DNA of 64,000 nt, from positions 16,616,001 through 16,680,000 of the forward strand of contig NC_047062.1 of the NCBI RefSeq assembly GCF_902459465.1, given 5' to 3'. A model generated the notes under the pieces. The model was not told where the DNA came from and did no database searches. It saw nothing but the letters and a program-made list of their open reading frames with translations. The position numbers were made by a program, and so were the translations under genes. Position 1 is the first letter of the stretch. Every line of letters starts with the position of its first letter. Source of the stretch: Asterias rubens (lineage: Eukaryota). This document shows positions 63,105-64,000 of this stretch, piece by piece.

Positions 63105-64000
63105 CTGTTCACACATTCAATACAATAATTGGATTCCCTCCAAATATTGACATACCTCTGCACTTCTATGTCAAACACATTGTTAGGATTTTGATAAAAA
63201 ACCAGTAGTTTTATCGACTGCCTTAGGTTTTATTTTCGAGAAAGTTTGAAAAGATTAACAATCACTTTGAATTCATGTATAGTTATTTGTTCTCTACCTT
63301 AATCACTCATCAATTAGATAAATGTTAAAAACTGGCAAATGATAACAAATAAAAGTAGTGTGATACATGCAGTAACTGCATTTTCTACTTGTTGAATTGA
63401 AAACTTCTTTTTTTTTGTGATTTTATTTCTGTTCTGTGGGGATGCTCAGGCGTGATTATTACAAACTGGCTTTTATTAAACTCGACTACATTGAACATTT
63501 ATCTAGATACAAACTTTCTCTAGCCATTGGGCTCCTCAAATAACACTGGAAATAGAAAGTGTTGGAAAAAACTACATCGGCTAAATGTGAAAATAGTATA
63601 TTGCATGGTCACCAACATTGTAAACCACTATATATACATCTCATAACAAACAACATTCCCACAATATTTAATTTCAGAATTCATAAAACTGCACAAAATA
63701 TTCAATTCTGTAACTCTTATTTCTTTCTTCACATTTGTACAAGCGTAGCAATAAAAGAATACATCTTGTAGATGAAATCATCTTGGACATTTGCCTCAAA
63801 ATTAAACCTTTTTCTAAAGAACGGTTATGTATATATTTTTGGTTTCGTGTCGTTATGTACAGTGGCAGAGTTGTGCAAAATTTTCCCAGAGGTTGGGTAA
63901 TTCAAATGTACAGTTATGCAGGGACACTATTTTACAACCATATTTTCTTTAATATACATCCTCAGACATTTCAATCAAAGTTGGATTTGTTTTAATATGA

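Overview
AT-rich, intron-rich animal (deuterostome-like) genomic DNA. A sea star or other echinoderm origin is my inference from the repeat families and is not proven. I reconstructed exons by hand from splice sites and frame continuity. Three complete conserved genes are present: seipin/BSCL2 (+, 3791-15287, 8 coding exons, 509 aa), PIGF (-, 20234-25277, 5 coding exons, 244 aa) and SCFD1/Sly1 (+, 39191-53283, 20 coding exons, 641 aa). There is also an unassigned acidic disordered ORF (26978-27658) and the probable last two exons of an unidentified minus-strand gene near 62.5-63.1 kb. An intact BEL/Pao LTR retrotransposon with apparently identical LTRs and a 5-bp TSD (31839-38982) sits 208 bp upstream of the SCFD1 ATG. 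A decayed CR1/L2-group LINE fills most of seipin intron 1. Many MITEs (TTAA Kolobok-type, CWG Harbinger-type, TA-type) and tRNA-derived SINEs are scattered through the window. The most unusual signals are: a minimal type I hammerhead ribozyme inside a TSD-flanked 312-bp insertion, plus a degenerate second copy; a 17-nt repeat/variable-spacer array with hairpins inserted into the LINE ORF2; tRNA-like elements built as tail-head-tail palindromes at two loci; a tandem array of ~32-bp palindromes; and a duplicated acidic seipin tail with a canonical LIR-like motif. No prokaryotic features, CRISPR-Cas locus or functional tRNA/rRNA genes are supported.
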